From Octopus sinensis (Eukaryota), in NCBI RefSeq assembly GCF_006345805.1, contig NC_042998.1:122822001-122886000 (forward strand): DNA of 64,000 nt, given 5' to 3'. The notes under the pieces were generated by a model. That model made no database searches. It saw only the letters and a list, made by a program, of their open reading frames with translations, and was not told the origin of the DNA. The position numbers and the translations under genes are program-made. Shown one piece after another: positions 1 through 13,531 of the stretch (within the stretch, counting starts at the first letter, position 1; each line of letters starts with the position of its first letter).

Positions 1-611
1 TTTAGAAATAACGTGGCGAAGATGCCCAAATAAACATAAACATTTAATCTAGAAACACAAACACTTTAACTGAATTCTTTTCACAATAACGCAAAAAAAA
101 AACTGCAGTTAATATATAGATATGTAAAACCACAAATATAACTTGCAATTAATGAGAAATCAAATCTTTTATAAACTATACAAATAATCAAGTTTAGAAA
201 TTAATTAGCACTTTTAAAACTTTAGAAATACTCGGTGAGTCCTTTTAGATATACTTGCACAAATTAGTTACACTTAATAAAGAAATATATTTTAATGAAC
301 TACGAAAGTAACAACATTAGGTAAATCAAACACCCACTCCCATAATTTATTTAACATAGCAAATGTGTAGAATACAACTATAATAATTTCACATCAATAC
401 AAGGCTATTCGAAATATAAATCATTCATAACATTGACCAATAGGAGTGAGCAAACAGAGAGCCTCTCCTATGTAGTCAGTCCACCGGCTAAAAATTAACC
501 AAGCCTTCTTCACGTAGTACCACGCTATTTTCCAAGCACAAACTAATAAAATCAATAAAATTAAAAAATAAACTCTGAGAGTTACGTTATCGTAGACATG
601 GAAAAATCCAT

Positions 612-710
612 GGGATGGTTATAGCTGGAATACCTTTGATCATAGGTATGATTGATCATGGTCGACTTATAACTAAACAACGACCAAGACAACAACAACA
701 ACAACAACAA
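612..710 (+). mobile_element. Decayed 3' end of a SINE/LINE with a (CAA)n tail
   Basis: GGATGGTTATAGCTGGAATACCTTTGATCATAGG...CTAAACAACGACCAAGACAACAACAAC ends in CAA repeats, as RTE-type retroposon tails do. Family assignment is from recall only. Confidence 0.3.
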
Positions 711-1573
711 AGATTAACTTCTGAAGGTAATCCGTCATTTAGTTACATTCTTTTGCTCATCTTACGAAGTAAACTGTAGGGAGAAGTCACTTAGCTAGTG
801 TTCCTTAGTATTTTCATACAGTTATTTACTTTCACACTAACTTTCACAGAAGAACGAAGTAGCTGTACACATTATGGAAACGCTCTAGTATCAACCCAGG
901 AGGCACGTATGACACCCTGGTAACACGAAAAATTTACACGCATTTTATAGCTTACACCAGTGAATAAATTCTGGTATATTATTTCTATATTGACAAACGG
1001 CGGTCCTGTATTTCTGTGAATAAAATAATAGTTTCACATAAGTGCGCGTCTATTAACGTTAATGTTTACTGTTCTTATAACTGTTCCTTATTTTTTCTGT
1101 CTTGCTGTTGGTTTTGCTTTGTTGTTGCTGATAGTAGTCACGTTGCCGTCACAACTCTTTTGGCTGCAGGCGGCATTTGTAGTTCAGGTATTGTTGTTGT
1201 TGATGATGGTGATAGAGTATCCTGGTAGTGGGGTGGTGATGATTGTCATTAAACCTGTCCTTGTTGTTATAATTAATGTTGGCGCCGAAAAAACCTTTCA
1301 CTTCTACTGCTTGGCAGGACAGATGTTGAAAAGGGCAGCGATGGTGGTCTCATTGACATATCGCTCACGTCGTTTAAACACTCCTCTCTCCATCTTTTCT
1401 CACTTTCTCACTATTCCAAAATGTATTCAATTCTGAATTTGCTACCTGCATCTGTTATTCTTTCCTGGGAGCTTTTACTGTGCTTTCCCAGGTTACAATA
1501 AATAAATAAATAAATAACAATAATTTTAGCAAACTTTGTGGAAGGATGAGACAACATGGCTCGCAGACTTCAT

Positions 1574-1645
1574 GAAACAACAGCAGCAACAACAACAGCA
1601 ACAGCAACAACAAGAACAACAGCAACAACAACAACAACAACAATG
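1574..1645. repeat. (CAA/CAG)n microsatellite
   Basis: Mixed CAA/CAG run, source of the poly-Leu ORF 1455-1643. Confidence 0.9.
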
Positions 1646-4224
1646 ATAATATTGAAAATGATGGTTGTGATGATAAATTAATTTGCTACCGGTACCATTT
1701 GTACGTACAATGAACGAATTTCAAGAGTATTACAAAACATATAAAACAATTTGTCTCCATCCTTTACATGGATGGAGACAAAATTATGTATATAAGACAA
1801 TGTAATTTTTTTAAAAGTCAAACACAGTAATTTCACAAAATAAATAAATATATAAAACACTGGTATAATTTTTTAAAAATTACATCATATAAAGAAAATA
1901 TGGTAGACAGCTGGTGCGCGCGAGAAGAACCTCTACCTTTGCTCCTACAGTCCAGATCATATCCCACGACAATCATTCAAATTGACCTGAGTTCTACGAA
2001 ATAGCTCATTCCAAGTGATATGGGCGAGTTAAAACGGTCAAGAAAATACCAGCACCTTGTTAATGGTTTAAGCATTCCTTTTAACTGCTTTGTTCTTCGG
2101 TTTTTGTTAATATCGTGTCTTTCACCTACTGCTCGTAATCAGATATTATCTCTTTGTTTATCTGCACTGAATTTATCCCGAATTACTCGTATAGGTTCTT
2201 TATATATTTTCTCTGTTGTGCTAAGTACCTGAAGCTTCAATGCAACTTGCTGAAGATAAAGTCCCCTCTCACCTCTTTTGCTCAGCTCCTGGTTCTTATT
2301 CATTCTTTTCCCGTTCTTTTTGGCGGACATAAGTATTTTCATGACCATGCATATTCCAGCCAACCTCAAAGTATGTCTTATTACGTCTCAGCTCACTAAA
2401 TGACCATGCTTTGCCACAAAGATAATGAATAGTCAACTACCAAATCCCTATCAATATTCCTGAAGGTAGTATTTGAATTCTTGGATCTATATATTACGGT
2501 ACTAATTTGAGGGTAGATGTGTGACGTACCAACTCGGCCTGTCACCTCACTGTCTTCTTAGTCTTAATATTAAGCATGTATTACAAAATGTCTCCCCTCG
2601 GTCGATGGAAACTACAACATCGATGTACTTTTTGTAGGCATATGAACGCCCTCTTCGTTTTGGATGTATTCCTCCGATAACAAATGTTACTCGTAAAATG
2701 ATTATTCCAGTTCAGTGTTATTCTTTCCTTCCGGGAGCCAGTATGGCTTCAGTTGCTCGGAATCGTTAAACGAGTTGCTTAGTAATTGTAACGCAATAGC
2801 TCGGCTTACTTTTGTTTTTCTTTTTCACCCGATCCCATTTTGAATATTACGCCTATTCTTTTATAGTTTCTTCGTTTATTAACAGAGGAGACGCAATTTC
2901 ACACACTGACTAGGATCACGTAACATTATTCTTTGTGGGTATGTGAAAAGCCGTTCTACCTTTCGAGATGCAGAGATAATTTATTTTGCTTTTATTCACT
3001 TCTGGATAAGATACATAGATGCACTTGCCCTTGTCAAACATCTCTACCAGATTGACTGACTTTTCTCCAATAGTAACTCATATCTAGAGACAGTTTGTGT
3101 AATGTATCTCCAGCGAAAGATGGAAAGGCTGGTAACGTTTTCTGTGATTATGAATTCGATCTCACAGTTTAACGTTTATGTTAATGAAAAATATGCTTGT
3201 TATTGTCGTTGACCAAAGAAACTGTTATCATATTCACCGTGTTGTGCTCTTGTCAGCTGTGTCATTAAGTATATCTAATTCAATGTGTGAGTTTTCCGAT
3301 AAAATATTTTTTTCTCATTGTAAAATTTTTGCATGTTGATGTGTGAATGGATCAATTTTCCCCTCTTTACTGAGTTGGCAGATGTTTTTTATCGAAGGAA
3401 GACTGAAAACTTTAAAACCCCGCTTCTATTATGGCTCCTACAATGCATTGGTCTAAATTTGGTGATGCATTACGAACGGTTCTTTATTACAGCGAAGTCC
3501 TATATAGCTATGTATTAGAGTAAATTCTTCCGAAATTAATGGGATAGTAAAGTACTAAAATTCCTCTGAGACACATTTTCCAGTCACTTTTCTACCTCCA
3601 TAAGAAATGTTCTACATCCTTTTTGTTTTTCTATTTATGCACTTGAGCTTCTTAGTGAATGATTTAGCTACTCCAATGGAAGCACTATCACACAAAAAAA
3701 TCTTTATATAATGTTTCCTTTGCCTTATATATTAATATTTGAACTGAAGCTAATGTTCAGACCAGATGGCGATGGTTCTTGAAAATAAAGCCACTAGTCT
3801 GGGTATTTTTGTTGTTTTCTTTATTGCTATTGCTGCTGTTGTTTTTGTTGGCGTTTTTAATTTTTCCTGTTGCTTCTGTCACTACTATAAGTGTTTTCTG
3901 TTTTCTGTTATTTTGTTGTTGTTGTTGCTGGTCGTAATGATGTTGGTGCTGTTTTGTTCAAAATTTCACAGACATTCTCTGCCTTTTAGTTGTTAATGTT
4001 AACATATCTCTTCCACTTTACATTACGTTCTTCTTGACTTTGTTGTTGCCTCTGTTCTTGTTGGGTTTGTTGATGTCGTTTATTTTGTTATTGTTGTCGA
4101 TTGTAGCATTGCCATTTTTCTGGTTCTCTGCTGTGTTTCACCGTTCTATTACTGATATTGTCATAGCTAACGCTCACATTTTTGTTACATTCTTCTAAAA
4201 CTCTTCGGGCAAAAAGTGGTTTAT

Positions 4225-4240
4225 TATCATCTACATCGCT

Positions 4241-4273
<33 letters not shown>

Positions 4274-4292
4274 GTCATCGTCATCGTCATCG

Positions 4293-4335
<43 letters not shown>

Positions 4336-4336
4336 T

Positions 4337-4409
<73 letters not shown>

Positions 4410-4437
4410 TATTATTATTATTATTATTATTATTATG
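4225..4437. repeat. Compound (ATC)n/(ATT)n microsatellite at the 3' end of an R4-type LINE
   Basis: Visible in sequence; explains the poly-His, poly-Ser and poly-Met ORFs. Confidence 0.95.
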
Positions 4438-5445
4438 TGATGAAAACTCACAGCTTATTTTGCTGGGTATTATAGAAAGGATCATCTGTCCACAGCCGAC
4501 AGACTAAGACGATACTTGTTTACTGGTCGTGCTTCAAGAACCCTGTGAAGAATTCTTGCAGTTTCAAGCAATGTTGATTTTTGTACAAATCTTTTTGAGT
4601 CATGTTGGTAATTGAGTGCAGATACTTCAATGGGAGCCAATTGCTATTGGTATCACGTCTACTCTCTTCACTGACCACAGCCTTCATATTTCCCACTTCA
4701 AATCGTCGTAGTTGTTTATTTTTTCTTCATATCTTTGATCTTGTTGGCACCGGGATATGCTTTGTCCATTATCATGCATGTTCTTTCTTTTTTATTCACC
4801 ACAATAATGTCCAGTTTCCGATGTCTGGTGAGGTAATCACACTGAATCATTGCATCCCACAAGATTTTGCAATTCTCATTCTCGGTGACTCCTTCTGGGC
4901 TTTCCTCATACCACGTCTTTGCTATTTGTAGGCCGTGATTTTCACAGAGCTCCCAATGGATCATTCTTGCCACATTATCAAATCGTCTTTTGTATTCGTA
5001 TTGTGCCAATTTCGGGTATTCGCTAACGATGTGCCACACAGTTCAATTCCTCTCACTACACATTCTGCATTTGTCACTATCGGTACCCTTGTCTATTCTG
5101 TACTTCACATAGTTGGTTTTTAACACTTGTTCCAGAGCTGCACATGTAAGTGCTTCTGTCTCTATCTTCAGGCCATTCCTCCTCAATCATAGCCACCGGT
5201 CTTCTGTATCTGCCTTGGCGTTCGTATCTCTCGCAAACTGTCCGTACATTTTTCTCTCCATTTTTCCTTCATTTTTGTGTGTCCTTTTCCTCTTTAAATT
5301 TTTCTTTCATTACACAATTCTCAGTGTTGATGACGCCAACCTTCTTTACCTGGTCCAACTTTGGCTGCACGGCCCTTTTTATATCAATAGCTCCACGGCA
5401 TTTGATAGTTTCAGGTAAGTTTTTCCTGCATCACAGTGTTGCTGA
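4438..5445 (-). mobile_element. 5'-truncated R4/Dong-type non-LTR retrotransposon (CCHC knuckle and restriction-like endonuclease), decayed
   Basis: Minus-strand translation MYGQFARD...ETEALTCAALEQVLKTNYVKYRID...CRMC...TVWHIVSEYPKLAQYEYKRRFDNVARMIHW...KILWD...KLDIIVVNKKERTC. The 3' end runs into (TAA)n. Confidence 0.85.
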
Positions 5446-5459
5446 GGTGCGTTTTTTTT

Positions 5460-5716
5460 GTTGTTGTGAGAATAGAAATCACATTGCTTTGGTATGGGGT
5501 TTGGTTGAAGTATTTTGTTGTATTAGTCTTTGTATTGTGTGTAATGGGAGTTGTGTTCTGACGGGTATCCGGCATGTTGAGTACATCTAGCTATTAAATT
5601 AATAATGCTGTCGGTAAGATGTAGACTGTTCCTAGCTGGGCTATTTTTTGGATAGTATGTAGTGTTGAGTATCCAGCTATAGCTTCTATATTTTTGCTCA
5701 TACCTTTTTTATCTTA
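5460..5716 (-). mobile_element. Short 3' fragment of a different R4/Dong-type LINE
   Basis: Minus-strand GIGALSKIKKGMSKNIEAIAGYSTLHTIQKIAQLGTVYILPTALLI* matches the GALG...QKIALLGT..IL C-terminus seen in the other copies, followed by a 3' UTR. Confidence 0.7.
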
Positions 5717-6010
5717 CTCAGTGCTCCAATTCCTCTTCTTCTTCTTCTTCTTCTTCTTCTTCTTCTTCTTCTCTTCTTCTTCTTCTTCTTCTTCTTCTTC
5801 TTCTTCTTCTTCTCTTCTTCTTCTCTTCTTCTCTTCTTCTTCTTCTCATCCTCCTTCTCCTTCTTCTCCTCCTTCTTCTTCTTCTTCTTCTTCTCCTTAT
5901 TATAATTATAATAATAATAATTATTATTATTGTTATTATTATTGTTATTATTATTATTATTATTTTATTATTATTATTATTATTATTATATTATTATTAT
6001 TATTATTACT
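5716..6010. repeat. (TTC)n/(TTA)n microsatellite block
   Basis: Visible in sequence. Confidence 0.95.
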
Positions 6011-6883
6011 ATTGCCTTTGCACAGTTTCTAACGCTGGAGATGTACTACGGTGTCAGCTGTTCTGTAGCTGTGAATTAAGATAACACCTCTTATTTTTCG
6101 ACCACTTTCCGGAGTATTCAAGCGGTTGCAAGCAGTGCTGTTTTCTCCAAATGCTCTACCCTTATTGCAGCTCCTATTTGTTCCATGTACTTCTCAAGAT
6201 TTTTCTCACTGCTCCCAGGGCTCCGACAATTATTGGTACTACAATCACCTTTTTCATCGTCCACAAATGCTTAACCTCCCAAGCTAACCTGTCATATGTA
6301 TCGACTTTTCTTTCTTTATCGCTTACCTTGTTGTCAGCTGGGTATGCTATATCTATGATCCAGCATAGTTTACTTTCTTTCTCAATTAAGACTATGTCTG
6401 GCTTCTTATTCTCTATCTCATGGTCGTGCTGAATCATAAAATCCCACAGGATCTTTGTATTATCATTTTCCATGATGCCTTCGGGTTTATGGTCGTATCA
6501 ATTTTTTGCCCTGTCAAGTCCATACTTGTTGCAAAGTGTCCAATGGACAAGTCTTGCTATATTGGTGCGGCGTCTCTTATATTTCTTCTGAGCTAGTGGC
6601 GTGCGTAGATTGGCTGGTAATATGCCATACGGTTTCACCAGTTTGTCCAGAGATTCTGCACTTATCACTTTCTGATGTGTTGTCTACTCTGTATTTTATA
6701 TAGTTTGTTCTTAGTACTTGCCTCCATCTCTGCTTTTAAATCACTTTTAGTCATCCATAGCCATTTTTTACTCTGTCTCTCTTATCTTCAACATTCCTAT
6801 GTAATTGTCCATGCATACTTTTCTTTACCCACCTATTTTCTGTTTTATTCGTTTTCAGTTGCTTGTATTGTGCTTTATCTTTA

Positions 6884-6885
<2 letters not shown>
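6008..6885 (-). mobile_element. R4/Dong-type LINE 3' fragment, copy 1 of a tandem duplication
   Basis: ORF 6174-6473 (KILWDFMIQHDHEIENKKPDIVLIEK...IIDIAYPAD...VVPIIVGALG) with upstream GETVWHITS and LVHWTLC motifs. The 3' end runs into (TAA)n. Confidence 0.9.
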
Positions 6886-6932
<47 letters not shown>

Positions 6933-7011
6933 TATTATATTATTATTATTATTATTTATTATTATTATTATTATTATTATTTATTATTATTATTATTATT
7001 ATATTATTATT

Positions 7012-7887
7012 ACTATTGCCTTTGCACAGTTTCTAACGCTGGAGATGTACTACGGTGTCAGCTGTTCTGTAGCTGTGAATTAAGATAACACCTCTTATTT
7101 TTCGACCACTTTCCGGAGTATTCAAGCGGTTGCAAGCAGTGCTGTTTTCTCCAAATGCTCTACCCTTATTGCAGCTCCTATTTGTTCCATGTACTTCTCA
7201 AGATTTTTCTCACTGCTCCCAGGGCTCCGACAATTATTGGTACTACAATCACCTTTTTCATCGTCCACAAATGCTTAACCTCCCAAGCTAACCTGTCATA
7301 TGTATCGACTTTTCTTTCTTTATCGCTTACCTTGTTGTCAGCTGGGTATGCTATATCTATGATCCAGCATAGTTTACTTTCTTTCTCAATTAAGACTATG
7401 TCTGGCTTCTTATTCTCTATCTCATGGTCGTGCTGAATCATAAAATCCCACAGGATCTTTGTATTATCATTTTCCATGATGCCTTCGGGTTTATGGTCGT
7501 ATCAATTTTTTGCCCTGTCAAGTCCATACTTGTTGCAAAGTGTCCAATGGACAAGTCTTGCTATATTGGTGCGGCGTCTCTTATATTTCTTCTGAGCTAG
7601 TGGCGTGCGTAGATTGGCTGGTAATATGCCATACGGTTTCACCAGTTTGTCCAGAGATTCTGCACTTATCACTTTCTGATGTGTTGTCTACTCTGTATTT
7701 TATATAGTTTGTTCTTAGTACTTGCCTCCATCTCTGCTTTTAAATCACTTTTAGTCATCCATAGCCATTTTTTACTCTGTCTCTCTTATCTTCAACATTC
7801 CTATGTAATTGTCCATGCATACTTTTCTTTACCCACCTATTTTCTGTTTTATTCGTTTTCAGTTGCTTGTATTGTGCTTTATCTTTA

Positions 7888-7889
<2 letters not shown>
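7012..7889 (-). mobile_element. R4/Dong-type LINE 3' fragment, copy 2 (apparently identical, offset 1004 bp)
   Basis: ORFs 7178-7477, 7155-7436 and 7510-7707 are identical to 6174-6473, 6151-6432 and 6506-6703. Confidence 0.9.
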
Positions 7890-7950
<61 letters not shown>

Positions 7951-7952
<2 letters not shown>

Positions 7953-8895
7953 TATGTTTGACTTTTGCTTTACATTTGTACAAGCTGGCTCCAAGTCTCA
8001 CCTAGAGACTTCAAGAGACAACAAGTTGGAAGTTCATGTTGGTGTTATGCCTAGCCTGCCATGTATTTGGGTTTGTACTTAGTGTTGTACTAGTGAATGC
8101 CTAAAAAAACCATACGAAAATTATGTTTGTTCTAAATCTTGAGATTACATAGAAAGTATTTTACTTAGTATATGAGCAGTTCCCATGAGCACTATCTTTT
8201 GAATTTCTGTCATTTTTGGGTTTCCTGGTATCTGAGTTAGGTAGCAATTAGCCCCTTTTGCTATCATTCCCAGGGCACCTATGACCACAGGTATTGTTTT
8301 AGTCTTCAGGTTCCACATTTTGCTGATTTCTATTTCCAGATCTTTATATTTGCTCAGTTTCTGGTAGGTCTTGACAGATACGTTTATATCGATTGGGACA
8401 GTCATATCAATGAGGAGGCATATTTTTTGTCTGAAGTCTTTTAATATGATGTCTGGCCTATTCGCGTCTATCTTTCTGTCAGTTTGAATGGTGAAGTTCC
8501 AGAGGAGTGAGATGTGGTCATTTTCAAGCACTGGAGGTGGTTTGTGTTCCCACCAGTTTTTATCATGGAGCAATTCCAGGCTTTTGCAAATTACCCAGTG
8601 AATATATTGTGCAGCTCTATCATGCCTGTTGAGATACTCTGTAGGCGCAAGAAGACTGCACTTGGAGACAACATGATCAATGGTTTCATTTTGTTGTTGA
8701 CATACGCGACATGTTGGGCTACTGCCTTTCTTTAATATGTTGGCCTGGTAGTTCTTTCAGCTGCTATGATAAACCCTTCTGTTTCAGATTTTAAGCCAGA
8801 GGCCGTTAGCCATTGATGGGTCAGGGCTTTGTCAACATCTGCATTATTCGCTCTCCTTGGGTATTTGCCATTGAAAGGCTTTTCTTGCCGAAGGT
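7951..8895 (-). mobile_element. R4/Dong-type LINE 3' fragment (another family)
   Basis: Minus-strand CRVCQQQNETIDHVVSKC (CCHC), YLNRHDRAAQYIHW (RHD motif) and ORF 8145-8573 with NRPDIILKD...LIDMTVP...VVIGALG...QKIVLMGTAHIL. The 3' end is at (TAA)n. Confidence 0.92.
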
Positions 8896-8908
8896 TCTTC
8901 TTCTTCTT

Positions 8909-8968
<60 letters not shown>

Positions 8969-9002
8969 GTTATTATTATTATTATTGTTATTATTATTAT
9001 TA

Positions 9003-9077
<75 letters not shown>

Positions 9078-9078
9078 C
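8896..9078. repeat. (TTC)n/(TTA)n microsatellite
   Basis: Visible in sequence. Confidence 0.95.
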
Positions 9079-9165
9079 ATCTTAACAACATGATTTCAGA
9101 AGCACAGTTTATGTAACCTTTATTATCACGTTGTTAATGCCTCAAGGAATTTAATTCTATCTTGA

Positions 9166-9336
9166 GCACTGAGTGGCTGTGTGGTAAGTAGCTTGCTTAC
9201 CAACCACACGGTTCCGGGTTCAGTCCTACTGCGTGGCACCTTGGGAAAGTGTCTTCTACTATAGCCTCGAGCCGACCAAAGCCTTGTGAGTGGATTTGGT
9301 AGACGGAAACAGAAAGAAGCCTGTCGTATATATATG

Positions 9337-9380
<44 letters not shown>

Positions 9381-9604
9381 TGTGTGTGTGTGTTTGTGTG
9401 TCTGTGTTTGTCCCCCCAACATCGCTTGACAACCGATGCTGGTATGTTTACGTCCCCGTTACTTAGCGGTTCGGCAAAAGAGACCGATAGAATAAGTACT
9501 AGGCTTACAAAGAATAAGTCCTGGGGTCGATTTGCTCGACTAAAAGGCGGTGCTCCAGCATGGCCGCAGTCAAATGACTGAAACAAGTAAAAGAGTAAAA
9601 GAGT
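9166..9604 (+). mobile_element. tRNA-derived SINE (family 1) with internal (TA)/(TG)n and a CTGAAACAAGTAAAAGAG tail
   Basis: Pol III A-box-like TGGCTGTGTGG and B-box-like GGTTCAGTCC head. Several other copies occur in the window (12.5k, 17.0-17.9k, 31.9k, 63.8k). Confidence 0.88.
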
Positions 9605-9899
9605 ACTTTATGAGATATTGAAAATGTTTATATTGACACACCGATGGTGAAAAGTAGGACATTTCGAACGAGGAGAAGCAAATAAAAGCAGAGGAGATCT
9701 GATGGTGAACATCACAAATGCCTACGTGTCTATGCAACAAAAATATATCATGTTGCCTGAAAGATTAATGTCATCAATCTTGATTATAATTTAAGCTTTC
9801 GGACGAGTTATATCTAAATACACAATGTTAATGTGGCGGAGGCCGAAAAAACAAATTATAGCTGGTTGCTCTATTTCATCAATCTTATTTGCTCTCTCC

Positions 9900-11100
9900 A
9901 TTAACATGGTGATTAGATCAGCAGGGGTGGAATTCCAAGGATCCCACACAAAGACCGACTGAGGTAGCTACTATTGGATGATCTGGACATAACAACATTA
10001 TAATTCACAGGCGATTATTACAGATACTTGAGAAGCTTGTTTTATAGTTATGAATGAGCTGTAGCCTAGCAAAGCGAAGGTTCTTTATACTGAAAAGAAT
10101 ATCAAAATTAATACAACACCCACTCAAGACCTTGGGTACACACTGTGACAAAAGCAGCCAGGACGCTGGTTCTTGGTTTACAAAGATTGGCAAATTCAGG
10201 TTAACTCGCTGATTCGAAGCATTGCTATATCTGCGTGCTATCCTACAGGTAATTTCGTGACCCGTATCACAATTTTGTGTTAATATATAATCGGTAAATA
10301 GCTTGCATATGACGAGGTTGCTCAGCTTATCAAGGAGTGTAAGTAGTATTGCTCTGTACGAACCCGTTATCATCTTACGAATTCCCATCCAGTAACATCT
10401 GAGAAGAGGTTGTCTTAGTAATTACAGGCACTTCAAGGCCCCTAAATAGTAGCAACTCACATTGAAATCAAAACTAGAAAAAACTAGATTGTTGCCCGAA
10501 ACTAGTATGTGTTAGAATAACGGTTGAAGCAGAAAGCACTGTTGATACTATGGCGAGGGGGCATGCAAACTGAGTTAGTTTCCATGCTATCAGATCGATA
10601 CGGCCAAAGCAAAAGAGATACATCCTCTTCCCAGACGTGTGCACAAGTGCAAAGGAAGCAAGATTTAGGATGGTGTGAAGACTGAAACAACATAGAGCCT
10701 GGACAACTTATGATAGCATACAGCAGCAAATCATCATTTGGTCACATTACTGGTGTTATGACATCAATCGTATTATTTATGATCTAGGCTGACTGCCTCA
10801 ACATATGATTCCAACAAACATTCATAAAGGGGACAGGAATGAGGCACTCTTTTGCTCTCTGCGTGCTGGAAGAAGATACCTTTAACAACTTTACAGCAGC
10901 TGTTCCGAAACTTTGGCTGATGACTGCTGCGATTGACGTCGTGACCAGATACTCAAGGTAGTTGCAGAGATGGTCACAACATGCATCAGGCTATCCAGGA
11001 ATGAAAAATACACATTTATACAAATTAGGTGAGAAGTTGCCCTTGTTGCTATATTAGATACCGTGTCCTCATTCCATTGCTCACTGGTACTGAGTGTAAG
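9900..11100 (+). mobile_element. Possible heavily decayed LTR-retrotransposon (Gypsy-like integrase) relic
   Basis: GC-richer island with faint motifs EVAQLIKECK*YCS, VEAESTVDTM and LRAGRRYL, in the order expected for an integrase. No continuous frame. Confidence 0.2.
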
Positions 11101-12244
11101 CAACACAATTTATCTAAATATACCACATAAATTGAAAACATCCGTAGTCTTCATTTGTTTTGCAGATTCAATCACAATTATGGGTCAGCGTTACCGTATC
11201 TTACTAAAGCTATAGTATTTTACTGAAGTAGTGATAATAGTGATGTTTTGCATTTAACGCTCCAAAAATTAACATTTTTTATTGATTATGAATACTTGAA
11301 GACGTAACTTTACATAATTGCTCTTACATATTACTGGGGTAAATATTACCAACGTAGAGAGGATGAAAAGTTAACTGGTAGACGGAAGTGTTTGACATCA
11401 GAATATAGAGTGCTGAAACTATATAATGTAATATATACACAACGTACACTACTCAAAAACTTTTATTCAGGTGTCCTTAGTGTAAAACTTTCTGACGCAT
11501 TCCGCATGAAAAATTAGATATAAATTACATTACTGATATAAAGGACTACTTGCCTTATAGCGGGCAGAATACCAGACAGTGAACTTGTACATTTTTACTG
11601 CGTATTTTACCAATATAAATGGTCGCCTTGCTAATGACAAAATTATTGCACAAATTCTCATGTGTTCTATTGTTAAAAAATGAAAATACCCTAAAAGAAT
11701 TCCCATTTGATGATATTGAAACTGGACAGCTATGTTAACACAGCCACCGTAATAATTGGCTGAAGTAGTTAGATTTGATACAGAGCAGATAGTAATATTG
11801 TTTTCAGATCAAATAATATACATCATTCTCCCGTTGTCGAACGACGTAAAATTACTAATAATTTCAAAATACTACCATCGTTTCTAAATCTAATTATTTT
11901 GTTCTCCAAGTCTTCTCTTCGGCAGAACTTGCCTTGATATAGAATATAGTGCGATACTTAATAGATATTGAACGACTAGTCAGCTATACATCATTGGTTA
12001 ATTACAGGATCGATTTAATGGAAATTATGGATGTGTCTCTCTATTATTTTTATTTTCAATACTTTTATTTGTTGTATGTGTTTTATCTAAAGATTCCTTA
12101 CAGAAAGTATCAGAATGTCAGAAAAGTAGCAATATATCTCTAAGTAAATTTGATGGATGATAATACTAAATATAGAGCATTTACCTATTTCTAGAGCACT
12201 ATTATAAAAGTTATAGACATATGTATTTTGAGAGAATGAGGTCA

Positions 12245-12275
<31 letters not shown>

Positions 12276-12524
12276 TGTATGTATGTACGCAGATACACAT
12301 ACATGCGCACACAAATATCTACACAAATATACACTCAGACATACAAATGCACTCGCGCACATATACATTGCGTTTTGGGCACGCATAACTAGGTGAAATC
12401 TCAGGTACCGATATATATATATATGTATGTATATATAAAGACCTAAATACACACACATACACACACACACACATGCATAAATTCATACATAGAAACATAG
12501 GCACAATACGTACAAAGCTGCAAG

Positions 12525-12900
12525 TATGGGAGTGTGTGATTAAGAATTTCGCTTTGCAGCTACGTGGATTCCTGCTCGGTCGTACTGCGCGACAGTTTGG
12601 GTAAATGTCTTCCACTATAGCTCCGGGCCGACCAATACTCTGTTAAAGAATTTGGTAGACGGAAAATCTGTGGAAGTATATATATAAGTATATATATATG
12701 TGTGTGTGAGAGAGTTTTCTGTCATTGCTTGTTGCCCACCACTATCATCGCTTGAAAAATGGGAGTTACGTTGGGAAAAAGAAAGCGACTGATAAGTGCC
12801 ACACTTATCCTGGTACGGCTAAAATACTTTAAGGCTGTGTCTTACATTGGCATGGCCGCAGTCTAATAGCCTGGGCAAGTAAAATATAAAGTATAAAGAT
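12525..12900 (+). mobile_element. Decayed SINE family 1 copy
   Basis: Similar to 9166-9604: CTATAGCTCCGGGCCGACCAA...TTTGGTAGACGGAAA...GCATGGCCGCAGTC. Confidence 0.65.
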
Positions 12901-13346
12901 ATATATACATTCATACATACATACATACAAACAATGCGTGTAGATAGTTATATATAAATAGATACATACATACATACACACAATTTGTGATATCCATTTT
13001 GAAGGCTCTAGCCATGCAATCCAAGGACAAGAGATCCCCAGCAATTACTTACAACATAAAAGGCAGACAACAAGCCAGGACTGAAGACATCAAACACATT
13101 ATTGGCAAATATGAGAGAATGACTTCCAGATATTACTTTCCCAGGAGAAAAGGGAAACGGTCTGGAACAGCATATGAAAGAAGGGAGTACCTGCAAACGA
13201 AGCGGATTATAATGAGACTGATGGGTCAAAAGAATACTGAAGGAATTTTAAATTAGAATAGTCACCAAGTTAAAACATAACCGGTGTATACATTATTTCC
13301 ATTATTTACATTTGACGGATATTTGTCCTCATCTTCTTTGTTGTTA

Positions 13347-13391
13347 ACACAAAGTTTCGGCTGATACACCTTCCAGCCTTCATCAGAAGTC
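13347..13391 (-). ncRNA. Minimal type I hammerhead ribozyme motif (degenerate stems I and III)
   Basis: Minus strand CTGATGA-AGGCTG(GAAGGTGTAT)CAGCC-GAAAC-TTT-GTGT. Confidence 0.65.
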
Positions 13392-13531
13392 ATGGGGAAA
13401 TTTTTAACCAGGGTTCTCATAACCAGAGATGATGATAGAAAGAGAATTCAACAAGATCTAGAAAAAAACGCGAAAAAAAACATCGAAAAAATACCTTAGG
13501 AATGAGAACCCAGGTTCGAAATTTCTCAAAG

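Noticed and set aside
1062-1436. 124-aa hydrophobic ORF resembling a membrane protein
   Set aside because: The hydrophobicity comes from TTG/GTT-rich low-complexity sequence. There is no motif, and other frames overlap it.
9166-9240. tRNA-like sequence as a tRNA gene
   Set aside because: It has A- and B-box similarity only, continues into a SINE body and is repeated. These are SINE heads, not tRNA genes.
10900-10940. GAAAC followed by CTGATGA as a possible hammerhead
   Set aside because: The order and spacing cannot form stems I and III. CTGATGA or CTGAAGA hits near 22435, 24705, 25945, 27670 and 39995 likewise lack a paired stem II followed by GAAA.
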